The notes under the pieces were generated by a model, which was given only the letters and a program-made list of their open reading frames with translations, did not search any database and had not been told where the DNA came from. From positions 1-64,000 of the forward strand of contig JAAERP010000192.1 of assembly GCA_024230215.1 (NCBI GenBank): a stretch of 64,000 bases of DNA. Direction: 5' to 3'. This DNA is from Fuerstiella sp. (lineage in GTDB: Bacteria > Planctomycetota > Planctomycetia > Planctomycetales > Planctomycetaceae). The translations under genes were made by a program, and so were the position numbers. Position 1 is the first letter of the stretch. Every line of letters starts with the position of its first letter. Shown one piece after another: positions 1 to 8,852 of the stretch.

Positions 1-81
1 AACCCTAAAACCTGGTTCTGACAAACCACTAGAATTGTGCGACCATCGACTTACAAGAAGAAATACTTCCTGAGATTCATC

Positions 82-1650
82 ATGCGAAACTTACGTGCTG
101 TCGTCTGCGTCCTGACTTGCGCTGTGACCACAAGCTGCCTTGCTGCTTCATTGAATCCAAACATCATTTTCATCATGGCGGATGATCAGGGTTTTGGTGA
201 TGTTTCTGCATTGAATCCGGAATCAAAGATTCCAACTCCCAATATTGACCGTATTGCGAAGGAGGGAATGATCTTTTCGGATGGGCATTCTTCTTCGTCC
301 GTCTGCACACCGACACGGTATTCGGTTTTGACGGGGCGATACCACTGGCGGACTCATCTTCAGAAGGGCGTTCTGGGCGGCTTTTCCAAACCGTTGATCT
401 CGTCGGGCCGACTGACGGTCGCGTCGTTGTTGAAGCAACATGGCTATGCGACGGCATGCGTCGGCAAATGGCATCTCGGTTGGGACTGGCCACTGAAGAC
501 AGGCGGAACAGCGAATGATGACGGTGATTTCTCCGGCGGTTTCAAGGCAGGATGGGATGTCGATTATGCGGGCAAAATCCAGAACGGCCCCTGCGATCTT
601 GGTTTCGATTACTTCTTCGGAATCAGTGCGTCGCTGGATATGCCGCCGTACGTCTACGTCCGCAACCGAACTCCCACAGAACCGGCCACCGTGGAAAAGG
701 CGTTTCACCGCAAAGGGCCCGCAGCCGCAGGTTTTGAAGCCGTGGATGTGTTGCCCACGATCACGAAAGAAACCGTGCAGTTCATCAACGACAAAGCAAA
801 ATCCGACAACCCGTTCTTTGTCTATTTTCCGTTGAACGCACCGCACACGCCGATCGTGCCGACAGATGAATGGGAAGGTAAGAGCGGAATCAACAAGTAC
901 GGCGATTTTACCATGCAGGTCGACTGGACGGTGGGCCAGGTTCTCAAGGCCATCGATGACAACGGGATTGCGGAAAACACATTGGTCATATTCACAACTG
1001 ACAACGGATGTTCACCCGCCGCGAAAATCCCGGAACTCGAAGCCGCCGGGCATGACCAGAATTACATCTACCGTGGTCACAAGGCCGACATCTTTGAAGG
1101 AGGGCATCGTGTGCCGTTTGTGGCTCGCTGGCCCAGCCGGGTGAAAGCCGGTTCACGTACGGATCAACTGGTCGGACAAATTGACCTGCTGGCAACCGCG
1201 GCACAGATTGTGGGGGCCACTGTTGCTGAAGACGGTGGCGAAGACAGTGTGTCGTTTCTGCCGGTCCTGTTGGGAGAAGGCAGCAACCCCGCCCGTCGAA
1301 TTCTGCGAACGTCGATCGTTTCGCAATCCATTGGCGGCCAGTTTGCGATCCGCGACGGCGACTGGAAACTCTGCCTGTGCCCGGGGTCCGGCGGATGGAG
1401 CGATCCCAGGCCGGGACGACTGGACATGTCAAAGATGCCGTCGATTCAGTTGTTCAACCTGACGGACGATCCGGGCGAAACGAACAACCTGCAGGCTGAC
1501 CACCCGGACCGAGTCACGAAGATGAAGGACATGCTGAGCAAGATCATCAGCAACGGTCGGTCGACGCCCGGTCCACGCCTGCAAAACGATGCCGAAATCG
1601 TAATGATCAAACCAGTCCCGAAATCACGGGCCAGGCAGAAAAAGAAATAA
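82..1650 (+). CDS. Sulfatase (arylsulfatase family), secreted
   Basis: Sulfatase signature C-x-P-x-R (SSSSVCTPTRYSVLTGRY) and N-terminal IIFIMADDQGFGD metal-binding motif. Signal peptide MRNLRAVVCVLTCAVTTSCLAAS begins at the in-frame ATG at 82. The ORF track starts at a GTG at 37. Confidence 0.9.
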   Translation: MRNLRAVVCVLTCAVTTSCLAASLNPNIIFIMADDQGFGDVSALNPESKIPTPNIDRIAKEGMIFSDGHSSSSVCTPTRYSVLTGRYHWRTHLQKGVLGGFSKPLISSGRLTVASLLKQHGYATACVGKWHLGWDWPLKTGGTANDDGDFSGGFKAGWDVDYAGKIQNGPCDLGFDYFFGISASLDMPPYVYVRNRTPTEPATVEKAFHRKGPAAAGFEAVDVLPTITKETVQFINDKAKSDNPFFVYFPLNAPHTPIVPTDEWEGKSGINKYGDFTMQVDWTVGQVLKAIDDNGIAENTLVIFTTDNGCSPAAKIPELEAAGHDQNYIYRGHKADIFEGGHRVPFVARWPSRVKAGSRTDQLVGQIDLLATAAQIVGATVAEDGGEDSVSFLPVLLGEGSNPARRILRTSIVSQSIGGQFAIRDGDWKLCLCPGSGGWSDPRPGRLDMSKMPSIQLFNLTDDPGETNNLQADHPDRVTKMKDMLSKIISNGRSTPGPRLQNDAEIVMIKPVPKSRARQKKK

Positions 1651-1756
1651 GGGCGTGCGTCTCTCGCGCATGATACCGGAACATAGAAACTCTCCCGATA
1701 ACAACCCTGTAATCATGGCGCGTCACACCTGCTGACCCGACCGACCAGCGTTGTGG

Positions 1757-3061
1757 TCAGACCTTCGGCAGTTGCCACGGGTCACGACGTTCGTAGTCCA
1801 TCCACGAGTTGGCCTCTTTGTCGTCACCGAAGTTCCAGTTCTTTGGATCCCACTTCAGGCTGCGCCCGTGCCAGTAGGCCAGATTGCCCAGATGGCAAAC
1901 GGTGGCACTGCGAGCACCGATTTCCACATCCGCTACCGGGCGACTGCGGTCTCGTATGGCGTTCAGCCAGTCTCGGTGATGCCCCGGCGAGTTATAAAGA
2001 TGGACTTCCTTCTCACCGAGTGGTTCTTTCGTGGCGTCTGGCGGATCGGAACTCAGATGACCACGGTCGATACGCAACGTTCCGTCCGTGCCATGAAATG
2101 TGATGCCGCTGGGACCACCGTGAAACATCTCAATTCCGTTCTCGTAGATGTATTGAACTCCCGTTCCAGCGGAAGGGTCTTCGGGTGGGTTGATTTCCAC
2201 GGGGCCGGATTCGTCCATTCCCAAAGCCCATTGAGCGATGTCGTAGTGGTGAGCTCCGATGTCCGTCTGGCCACCACCGGAATACTCGCGATATTGTCGC
2301 CACTGTCCCCACGGTTTTGAAATTCCACCTCGCGCACTTAGCGCCGAGTTGTAAGGTCGCTGTGCCGCAGGGCCCAGCCACATGTTCCAGTCCAGTCCCG
2401 GTTCAATTTCTTCTTCCGGCAGGTCACACCATTTGCTGGGACCGCCTACGCCAACGGTTACCTTCTGAATAGTTCCGATGCGCCCGCTGCGGACAAACTC
2501 GCAAGCTTTGCGAAACGGTCCGAACACACTGCTGCGCTGCTGACTTCCCGTCTGCAGAACCCGGCCGTGTTTGCGCACGGCATCGATACATCGTTTGGCT
2601 TCCAGAATTGTCAGCGTCAGTGGCTTTTCGCAGTACACATCCTTGCCCACCTGACACGCCTCAATGATCGGGATCGCGTGCCAGTGATCCGGAGCCGCAA
2701 TCAGCACCGCATCGATGTCGTCGCGTTCAATGATTTTTCGAAAATGGTTGTACGCGTCACAGCCGGCGTTGTCGGTTTTCGCGCCGTACTTTTCCGCGAC
2801 TCGTTTTCTGGCAATTTCCCGTCGGGTAGTGTCCACATCGCATACAGCGGTGACCTGCACATCGTCAAAGCCAAGCAGCGTATTCATGTGATAGCCGCTG
2901 CACATCTTTCCCGTTCCAATCAGACCGATCGAAAGACGTTCACTGGCGGCAGCTCGTCCCGGTGCTCTCCCGAGAGCCGTTGCCGGAATGATCATGGGTG
3001 CGGCAAGGGCGGTCGAAGACTTCAGGAAGGAACGGCGGGACGTGTGGTTGCTGTGAGTCAT
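1757..3061 (-). CDS. Gfo/Idh/MocA family oxidoreductase with Tat signal
   Basis: N-terminal twin-arginine motif SRRSFLKSSTALAAPMII followed by the Rossmann motif LSIGLIGTGKM. The C-terminal region is typical of the Gfo/Idh/MocA dimerisation domain. 434 aa. Confidence 0.85.
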   Translation of the reverse strand: MTHSNHTSRRSFLKSSTALAAPMIIPATALGRAPGRAAASERLSIGLIGTGKMCSGYHMNTLLGFDDVQVTAVCDVDTTRREIARKRVAEKYGAKTDNAGCDAYNHFRKIIERDDIDAVLIAAPDHWHAIPIIEACQVGKDVYCEKPLTLTILEAKRCIDAVRKHGRVLQTGSQQRSSVFGPFRKACEFVRSGRIGTIQKVTVGVGGPSKWCDLPEEEIEPGLDWNMWLGPAAQRPYNSALSARGGISKPWGQWRQYREYSGGGQTDIGAHHYDIAQWALGMDESGPVEINPPEDPSAGTGVQYIYENGIEMFHGGPSGITFHGTDGTLRIDRGHLSSDPPDATKEPLGEKEVHLYNSPGHHRDWLNAIRDRSRPVADVEIGARSATVCHLGNLAYWHGRSLKWDPKNWNFGDDKEANSWMDYERRDPWQLPKV

Positions 3062-3380
3062 ACTGAATTCTCAGAAGGAGGGGGCATGGACGTGTGTACG
3101 ATCAGGCTGTGTAGCTGGGTGACGTTGCCGTCACCTGCGTTTCCGTTCCACTATCATCGTATGCATCTCTGCAGTCGGCAACCCGGCGGCACAAACGGTC
3201 GTATTCTTGTGGCGTCTCTCCGTGGAAGACCGGTTGCGCCGGTCAGTATCCTGTCGGTTCGTCATCACTGAGCCAACTGTTTCCACCATCTACATTCTGC
3301 TTTCTTTTGCACGGCACGGGGGGGACAAGAGTTGAGCAGAGTGGTTGACAATTTGAACTGAACGGACACAGATCAGCAAA

Positions 3381-4238
3381 ATGACAGATTCAGAAGTACC
3401 AACATTTCATAGTAATCCGGCTCAGTGCATTCTGCACCCGACTGATTTCTCGCCGCATGCTGATCTTGCTTTTGGTCATGCGCTACGTGTGGCCATCAGA
3501 AACAAAGCCCTGCTTTCCATTCTACACGTGGGCAAAGATACGAGATCGGAGTGGGATCGCTTTCCCGGTGTTCGGCAGACGCTGCAGAACTGGGGTTTGC
3601 TGGATTCGGATGCACGTCGAGCTGACGTAGCGAAAATCGGTGTTGATATTGAAAAGATCATCGCCGAAGAGAGTGATATCCCGGGTGCGATTGCCGGGTA
3701 CGAAGTCAAACGTCCGGTCGACCTGTTGGTCCTGGCCACTGAAGGTCGCAGTGGATTGTCGGCATTGTTGCGGCCATCGAAGGGGCAGCAGGCCGCCCGA
3801 AAACTGGCGGTCCCGACACTGTTTGTTCCCGGCGATGGTCGTGGATGTGTCTCACTCGAAACCGGCGACGTTTCCATGGACGAAGTGCTCATTCCCGTTG
3901 ACCACACGCCGACAAGCGACGCCGCCATCGAACGTGGTCTACGCGCGATCGAGGCCTTCGGACATGAAAAGTCTCGCTTGACGTTATTGCACGTCGGCCC
4001 GGAGTCTGAATTTCCGGAGGTCCGGATTCCGGACGGACCCTGGCATGTCACACGCACGGTTCGTCAGGGAAATCCCGCGACAGAAATCCTTGACGCAGCA
4101 GAAGAGATCTCTGCCAATCTGATCATCATGGTGACCGAGGGAGCGCACGGGTATCTTGACATTCTGCGAGGAACGACAAGCGAAAACGTACTCAGGCAGG
4201 CGCCCTGTCCCGTTCTGACTGTTCCTGCGTCATTCTAA
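3381..4238 (+). CDS. Universal stress protein (tandem UspA domains)
   Basis: Two Usp-like halves (ILHPTDFSPHADLAFGHAL... and LIPVDHTPTSDAAIERGL...). Each ends in a G-x-x-G-x(9)-GS-like ATP motif (ATEGRSGLSALL; VTEGAHGYLDILRGTTSENV). Confidence 0.8.
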   Translation: MTDSEVPTFHSNPAQCILHPTDFSPHADLAFGHALRVAIRNKALLSILHVGKDTRSEWDRFPGVRQTLQNWGLLDSDARRADVAKIGVDIEKIIAEESDIPGAIAGYEVKRPVDLLVLATEGRSGLSALLRPSKGQQAARKLAVPTLFVPGDGRGCVSLETGDVSMDEVLIPVDHTPTSDAAIERGLRAIEAFGHEKSRLTLLHVGPESEFPEVRIPDGPWHVTRTVRQGNPATEILDAAEEISANLIIMVTEGAHGYLDILRGTTSENVLRQAPCPVLTVPASF

Positions 4239-4338
4239 AACGCGCTGCACCGAAGTGTAGCGACTTCCGCCACCACTCAGCTGTAAATTGCTCGCCAGAC
4301 CCGCTACACGTCTGCGCGACACGCACTAAGGCCCTGAC

Positions 4339-5379
4339 ATGTCTCAGCTTCCCATTCGTTCATCCAGAAGACTGACAAGTGTTCTTTCGAACACGGTCTA
4401 TGACATTCCTGCGCCGATGCGAGCCCTGACACTGCTCGTCGGCTTCGCCGCAGTGGTGGTCGTGATTGTTGCGAGTTTGGAAGGCGGGCAGGAACATACC
4501 GTCGAAGTGGACAAAATTCTTCACTTCAGCGGGTACGCCACTCTGGCAATCATCTTTGTGCTGGGATTGCGACCGGCGTTTTTTATTCCTGTGCTGATCC
4601 TGCTGGCCATACTGGGCGTTGCGATTGAATTCCTGCAACCACTCAACTCACGCAGCTTTGATATGGCAGATGCTGCTGCAAATACCACAGGACTGGCTGT
4701 AGGCGCGGGGCTTGGGATGATTCTGCGAATTGTTCTGCGATACATCCGAACTCAGCACAAAGCGACAGAACTGAAGAAACGACGACGCACTTTCGAACGA
4801 GGCGCGATGATCATGCGTCAGGGGGCGCCGGTTCGCAGATTCTGCGTGATCGAACGAGGAGAAGTGAAGGTCTCCAGAGAAGTCGATGGCGAGCAGAAAA
4901 CACTCGGGACGCTGCGAGAAGGCGAGATCTTTGGGCTGCTGGGCCTAATTCAAAACCAGCCGCAGTTCGAAATCCGGGTTCAGGAAGGCGAACGCCAAAA
5001 AGACCGTCACCTGCAGGAAACCATTCGTCACGGGCTGATCGGGAGTGATAAATCCTGTGGCGACCGTGGCAACGTAGCCGATCAGCAGAAAAATGTTGTA
5101 ACGAAACGTGCCCCAGAAGGCCTCCAGAGCCGTGCCCATCAGATAGAACAGGTACCAGAAGAAGAAGGCCCACAGAAGATGAGTGTCAGGCGGCATAATC
5201 ATGAACGTCAGCAGTCGATGGATTTCACCGTCCATGACTTTGGACGGAAACAGCACCATGTTCTCGAATATCGCCGGCTGGCTTTGAGCTGCGACAAACA
5301 TCAGCACCTGACCAATGATCAGGATCAGAGTGACGTTGGGCACAGCAAACCGGCCAAATTTTCGTTCCAACTTGTTTAA
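4339..5379 (+). CDS. VanZ-like membrane domain fused to a cyclic-nucleotide-binding domain; 3' end doubtful
   Basis: N-terminus has TM helices and an EFLQPLNSRSFDMADAAANTTG VanZ-like motif. Residues about 150-215 match the cNMP-binding beta-roll and phosphate-binding cassette start (RQGAPVRRFCVIERGEVKVSREVDGEQKTLGTLREGEIFGLLGL). After about nt 4960 the frame reads as hydrophilic low-complexity sequence that is antisense to a strongly coding minus-strand ORF. The true 3' end is probably earlier or the gene is disrupted. Confidence 0.5.
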   Translation: MSQLPIRSSRRLTSVLSNTVYDIPAPMRALTLLVGFAAVVVVIVASLEGGQEHTVEVDKILHFSGYATLAIIFVLGLRPAFFIPVLILLAILGVAIEFLQPLNSRSFDMADAAANTTGLAVGAGLGMILRIVLRYIRTQHKATELKKRRRTFERGAMIMRQGAPVRRFCVIERGEVKVSREVDGEQKTLGTLREGEIFGLLGLIQNQPQFEIRVQEGERQKDRHLQETIRHGLIGSDKSCGDRGNVADQQKNVVTKRAPEGLQSRAHQIEQVPEEEGPQKMSVRRHNHERQQSMDFTVHDFGRKQHHVLEYRRLALSCDKHQHLTNDQDQSDVGHSKPAKFSFQLV

Positions 5380-5382
5380 CAC
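4945..5382 (-). CDS. Hypothetical integral membrane protein (145 aa, GTG start)
   Basis: Strongly hydrophobic multi-TM sequence (LWAFFFWYLFYLMGTALEAFWGTFRYNIFLLIGYVATVATGF). Third-position GC and CTG-Leu codon usage are clearly higher than in the overlapping + frame. Confidence 0.5.
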   Translation of the reverse strand: MLNKLERKFGRFAVPNVTLILIIGQVLMFVAAQSQPAIFENMVLFPSKVMDGEIHRLLTFMIMPPDTHLLWAFFFWYLFYLMGTALEAFWGTFRYNIFLLIGYVATVATGFITPDQPVTNGFLQVTVFLAFAFLNPDFELRLVLN

Positions 5383-5627
5383 AGTGCACTGTCCAAAAGC
5401 GGATGTATCGCTACCTCGTGACTCATACGGATTGGCTTGATAGTGTTTGCGGGGCCTGGATGCAACTGCTCTGCCGGCATGGATCCTCGCGGCGTGCAGT
5501 CACGGAATGTTGAATATGACCGTAGGATGGGACCATCGTCCCGTCCGGCAATTTGATTCAACTCGAGACAATAGTCCCAAGCTACGTAACGGCCCAACTT
5601 CACCAGCATTCATCACGACACCCGTTC

Positions 5628-7016
5628 TCACTCATTCTTAGGTGGCACGGTAGAGATTTCAGTGTCAGCGATGCAGTACAGGAACTCGTGACCTCGCAGA
5701 AACAGTTCCTGTCCCACGACGGCCGGCGTTGCAGCGAAACCGTCGTCAAGCGAATTCAGTGCCAGGTGTTTTGGCTGATCGCCGTAAGTGAACACCAGCG
5801 TGCGGCCGTACAGATCTGCGATGTAAATGCGTCCATTGGCGGAGACCGGCGAAGCATAGATGTCCTGCACGCCGGTCAATCGAAATGGTCCGGCAGATTC
5901 GGTGCCCGTACGGATATGTCGTCGCGACAGAATGTTCTGGTAGTGTCGCAGAAAGTAGACGTGTTCTTCGATAAGCAGCATGGACGGGACATACGGCGTT
6001 CTTTGAGTTGTTGACCACAGCAGGTGCCTGCTTCCAGTAATGTCGCCTGACGCGCCGCTCATGTTGATGGCCAGCATGGCTCGCGTGTCGTAACTACTGG
6101 CTGCTATCAAAATGCCGTCAGCCGTGACCGGGGTTGCCACGACATTCGACGACAGCCCACCGCATGTCCACAGTACATTGCCAGTTTCCAGGTCGTAGGC
6201 ACGAATGCGATCCGTCCCCGCAACCACAACCTGCGGCTGCTCACCGTCATCCACAATCAGCGGTGAAGACCAGGATGTGACTTCATTACGGTTCTGTTTC
6301 CATTTTGTGATTCCAGTCGTGGCGTCGATGGCTTCAATAAATGACTGTTCTTCGTGATCCGCGTTGATCACAAGAGTCCCGTCGTGCAATCCCGGAGACG
6401 ATCCTTCACCGTGAGCGTGTTTGCTCTGCATTCTTCCCAGGTTGCGTTTCCACAGCAGCTTGCCGTCGAAATCCAGAGCATACAGCCCGTGCGAACCAAA
6501 ATACGCATAGACGCGTTTGCCGTCCGTGATTGGCGATGCCGACGCCAGACTGCCCGTGTCGTGTCCACCTTCGTGCGGCAAGACATCGTTGATTACCGTC
6601 TGCCAGCGAATCGTGCCGTCCTTGCGGTTCACGCAGACGACCACAAACCGATGTTTTTGAGTTACATCCAGATTGTCGTGAGCTCCAGGCGCCGTGACGA
6701 GGACAGGATCAAGTTGTGGGCCGTATGGTATGGCTGTCGTCAGGAATACAGAATCCTGCCAGACGATTGGCGACGAGTGGCCCAGTCCCGGCAGCTTCAC
6801 CTTCCAGCGAATGTTCCTTTTTTCATTCCATTCGACCGGAGGATCGGCCAACGGGGCAACTCCGGTTCGCAATGGACCTCGCCATTCTGCCCAGTTCTGC
6901 AAATAGGTTGAGTCCAGGGCATCGTCCGCTGGGGCGGAGGTCGCCGCCACGAGCAGACAGCAGATGCAGATCAGAAAACAATGTGCCATGAGCTCGTCCA
7001 TTCTAAAGCCGTACAT
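5628..7016 (-). CDS. PQQ-like beta-propeller repeat protein, secreted
   Basis: Signal peptide (MAHCFLICICCLLVAATSAPA) is followed by repeated beta-propeller blades with G-x-x-x-A/Y-x-D motifs (RVYAYFGSHGLYALD, RIRAYDLETGNVLW, RIYIADLYGRTLVF). The ATG at 6989 is the probable start. Confidence 0.8.
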   Translation of the reverse strand: MYGFRMDELMAHCFLICICCLLVAATSAPADDALDSTYLQNWAEWRGPLRTGVAPLADPPVEWNEKRNIRWKVKLPGLGHSSPIVWQDSVFLTTAIPYGPQLDPVLVTAPGAHDNLDVTQKHRFVVVCVNRKDGTIRWQTVINDVLPHEGGHDTGSLASASPITDGKRVYAYFGSHGLYALDFDGKLLWKRNLGRMQSKHAHGEGSSPGLHDGTLVINADHEEQSFIEAIDATTGITKWKQNRNEVTSWSSPLIVDDGEQPQVVVAGTDRIRAYDLETGNVLWTCGGLSSNVVATPVTADGILIAASSYDTRAMLAINMSGASGDITGSRHLLWSTTQRTPYVPSMLLIEEHVYFLRHYQNILSRRHIRTGTESAGPFRLTGVQDIYASPVSANGRIYIADLYGRTLVFTYGDQPKHLALNSLDDGFAATPAVVGQELFLRGHEFLYCIADTEISTVPPKNE

Positions 7017-7535
7017 CCGTAACGTGGCCCGGCACCGCCTGATTGGCCTGCTGCAATATAGTCTCAGAGTACGTCCAGGTCTGCGCTACGAACGCATTCA
7101 TTCTTACGGAGCGTCGTCGCCTTGCTCCTTGGCCTGGTCGGATCTGCTGCTTCCGAACGATGCGAACGGTTTGTGGTGCAGGCGTCCCGCCTGCATGAAC
7201 CATTGAACGGCAGCCGAGACGGCTGCACCACAATTCAGTGGTGTATTTTACCTGTCGTTACCCACAAATCAGGATAGCCAAGGTAGGGTCCGCTGTGCGG
7301 ACCAGCTGAAAACAACAAAGTTCTGCCGCATCAATTGTCGGAATATCGATCCGTCACAGCATTCCTGTGCCTGGGGCACCCAAAGGTTGCAAGCAACCTG
7401 GGCTACCCACCACCTTCGTGGTAACACTCTGCTCCATACTTTCGACCTACTCATTTTTCAATTAGCAGGAATTGCGGATTTTGATCGCAATGACAATGAA
7501 TCATTCAACTTCTAAAAAAGCAGTTGACGCATCTC

Positions 7536-7543
7536 TGTATAAT
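7536..7543 (+). promoter_or_regulatory. Extended -10 promoter element TGTATAAT upstream of the GntR gene
   Basis: TGnTATAAT consensus lies 32 nt upstream of the ATG at 7575. The nearby TTGACG (7524-7529) is only 8 nt from the -10 hexamer, so it is not a functional -35. Confidence 0.45.
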
Positions 7544-7551
7544 TGTACTAT

Positions 7552-7563
7552 TGTGTTAACACA
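7552..7563 (+). promoter_or_regulatory. Perfect 12-bp palindrome TGTGTTAACACA; putative GntR/YtrA autoregulatory operator
   Basis: Perfect inverted repeat (TGTGTT/AACACA) between the -10 element and the GntR start codon. This is the position typical of auto-repressor operators. Confidence 0.5.
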
Positions 7564-7574
7564 CTACTTGGGGC

Positions 7575-7973
7575 ATGGAAATGCAGATTCGAATTTCTCA
7601 GGACGACGGCACACCGATTTATCAGCAGGTTGTCAGCCAGGTCAAGCTGCTGGTTTCTTCCGGTCGACTGGACGAGGGCGAGCAGCTGCCTGCTGTTCGC
7701 AAGCTGGCAGAACAGCTGTTGATCAATCCCAACACAGTCGCTCGTGCATACCGCGAGCTGGAATCTTCCGGCGTTGTGGTTTCACGACGAGGATCCGGCG
7801 TGTTTGTCTCTGACTCCGGATCGCCGCTTTCACGGCGTGAAAAGAACCGGATTCTGAACGACCGGATTGACGCACTGCTGGCGGAATCTGTGCAGCTGGA
7901 TTTTGATCTTGAGAACGTGGTCACACTGGTGCGTCAGAGATGTTCGCGATTCCGCAAGGGAGAAAAGAAGTGA
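7575..7973 (+). CDS. GntR family transcriptional regulator (YtrA subfamily, short)
   Basis: Winged-HTH motif GEQLPAVRKLAEQLLINPNTVARAYRELESSGVVVSRRGSGVFVS. 132 aa with a short C-terminal tail, typical of YtrA-type regulators preceding ABC transporters. Confidence 0.85.
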   Translation: MEMQIRISQDDGTPIYQQVVSQVKLLVSSGRLDEGEQLPAVRKLAEQLLINPNTVARAYRELESSGVVVSRRGSGVFVSDSGSPLSRREKNRILNDRIDALLAESVQLDFDLENVVTLVRQRCSRFRKGEKK

Positions 7974-8851
7974 CAGAAAACGTAATCGATATCCACTCAC
8001 TTGGTCGCTCGTTCGGAAAGAAGCAGGCACTGCAGGACGTGACGTTTTCAGTGCCGAAAGGGTCCGTTTTCGGCCTGGTGGGTGAAAACGGAGCCGGCAA
8101 GACGACTCTGCTGAAACACGTGCTGGGATTATTAAGAGCGTCCTCTGGTTCTATCAGTGTTTTTGGTCTGGCCCCGGTGCAGGAACCGGCGATGGTTCTT
8201 GGGAAGATCGGCTATCTGTCGGAAGATCGTGACCTGCCAACATGGATGCGTATCGACCAACTGATGCACTACCGCAGTGCGTTCTATCCGAGCTGGGACC
8301 ACGAATACGCTAAAGAGCTGGTGACGATGTTCGATCTGGATGTCAAACAGCGAATTCGCTCATTGTCCCGTGGTCAACTGGCGCGAGTTGGATTGTTGTT
8401 GGCGATCGCTCATCGTCCGGAGCTGTTACTTCTTGACGAACCGTCCTCCGGACTGGACCCGGTCGTGCGTCGTGACATTCTGGCGGCCATCATCCGTACC
8501 GTCGCTGACGAAGGACGGACCGTGCTGTTTTCGTCACATCTGCTGGACGAAGTGCAACGCGTCAGCGACCACGTGGCGATGCTGCACGGAGGTCAGCTGT
8601 TGCTGTGCGATCGTCTGGAAGCGGTTTTGGCGCAACATTCACGCTGGACGATTCGACTGCCGGAAATGGTTCAGAGCGCGCCCGACATTCCCGGCAGCGT
8701 CAGTTGTCGAGGCGAAGGGAACGAATGGAGCGTTATCTGCAACGGTCAGCACGAGCAGTTTCAGCGTTGGCTGTCTGAGCACAACGGCGAGGTCATTGAG
8801 CAGGCAACACCGTCACTGGATGAAATCTTCGTCGCGCGAGTGGGAGGCTGA
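7970..8851 (+). CDS. ABC transporter ATP-binding protein
   Basis: Walker A GENGAGKTTLL, ABC signature LSRGQLARVG, Walker B LLLLDEPSSGLD, H-loop. Probable GTG start at 7970 (GTGA overlap with the GntR stop, GGGAG RBS 9 nt upstream). Alternative ATG at 7940. Confidence 0.85.
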   Translation: MTENVIDIHSLGRSFGKKQALQDVTFSVPKGSVFGLVGENGAGKTTLLKHVLGLLRASSGSISVFGLAPVQEPAMVLGKIGYLSEDRDLPTWMRIDQLMHYRSAFYPSWDHEYAKELVTMFDLDVKQRIRSLSRGQLARVGLLLAIAHRPELLLLDEPSSGLDPVVRRDILAAIIRTVADEGRTVLFSSHLLDEVQRVSDHVAMLHGGQLLLCDRLEAVLAQHSRWTIRLPEMVQSAPDIPGSVSCRGEGNEWSVICNGQHEQFQRWLSEHNGEVIEQATPSLDEIFVARVGG

Positions 8852-8852
8852 G

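Noticed and set aside
2567-3271. 234-aa + ORF
   Set aside because: Antisense to the well-supported Gfo/Idh/MocA gene, with low-complexity composition.
7524-7529. TTGACG as a -35 element for the GntR promoter
   Set aside because: Only 8 nt separate it from the -10 hexamer. An extended -10 (TGn) is present, so a -35 is not required.
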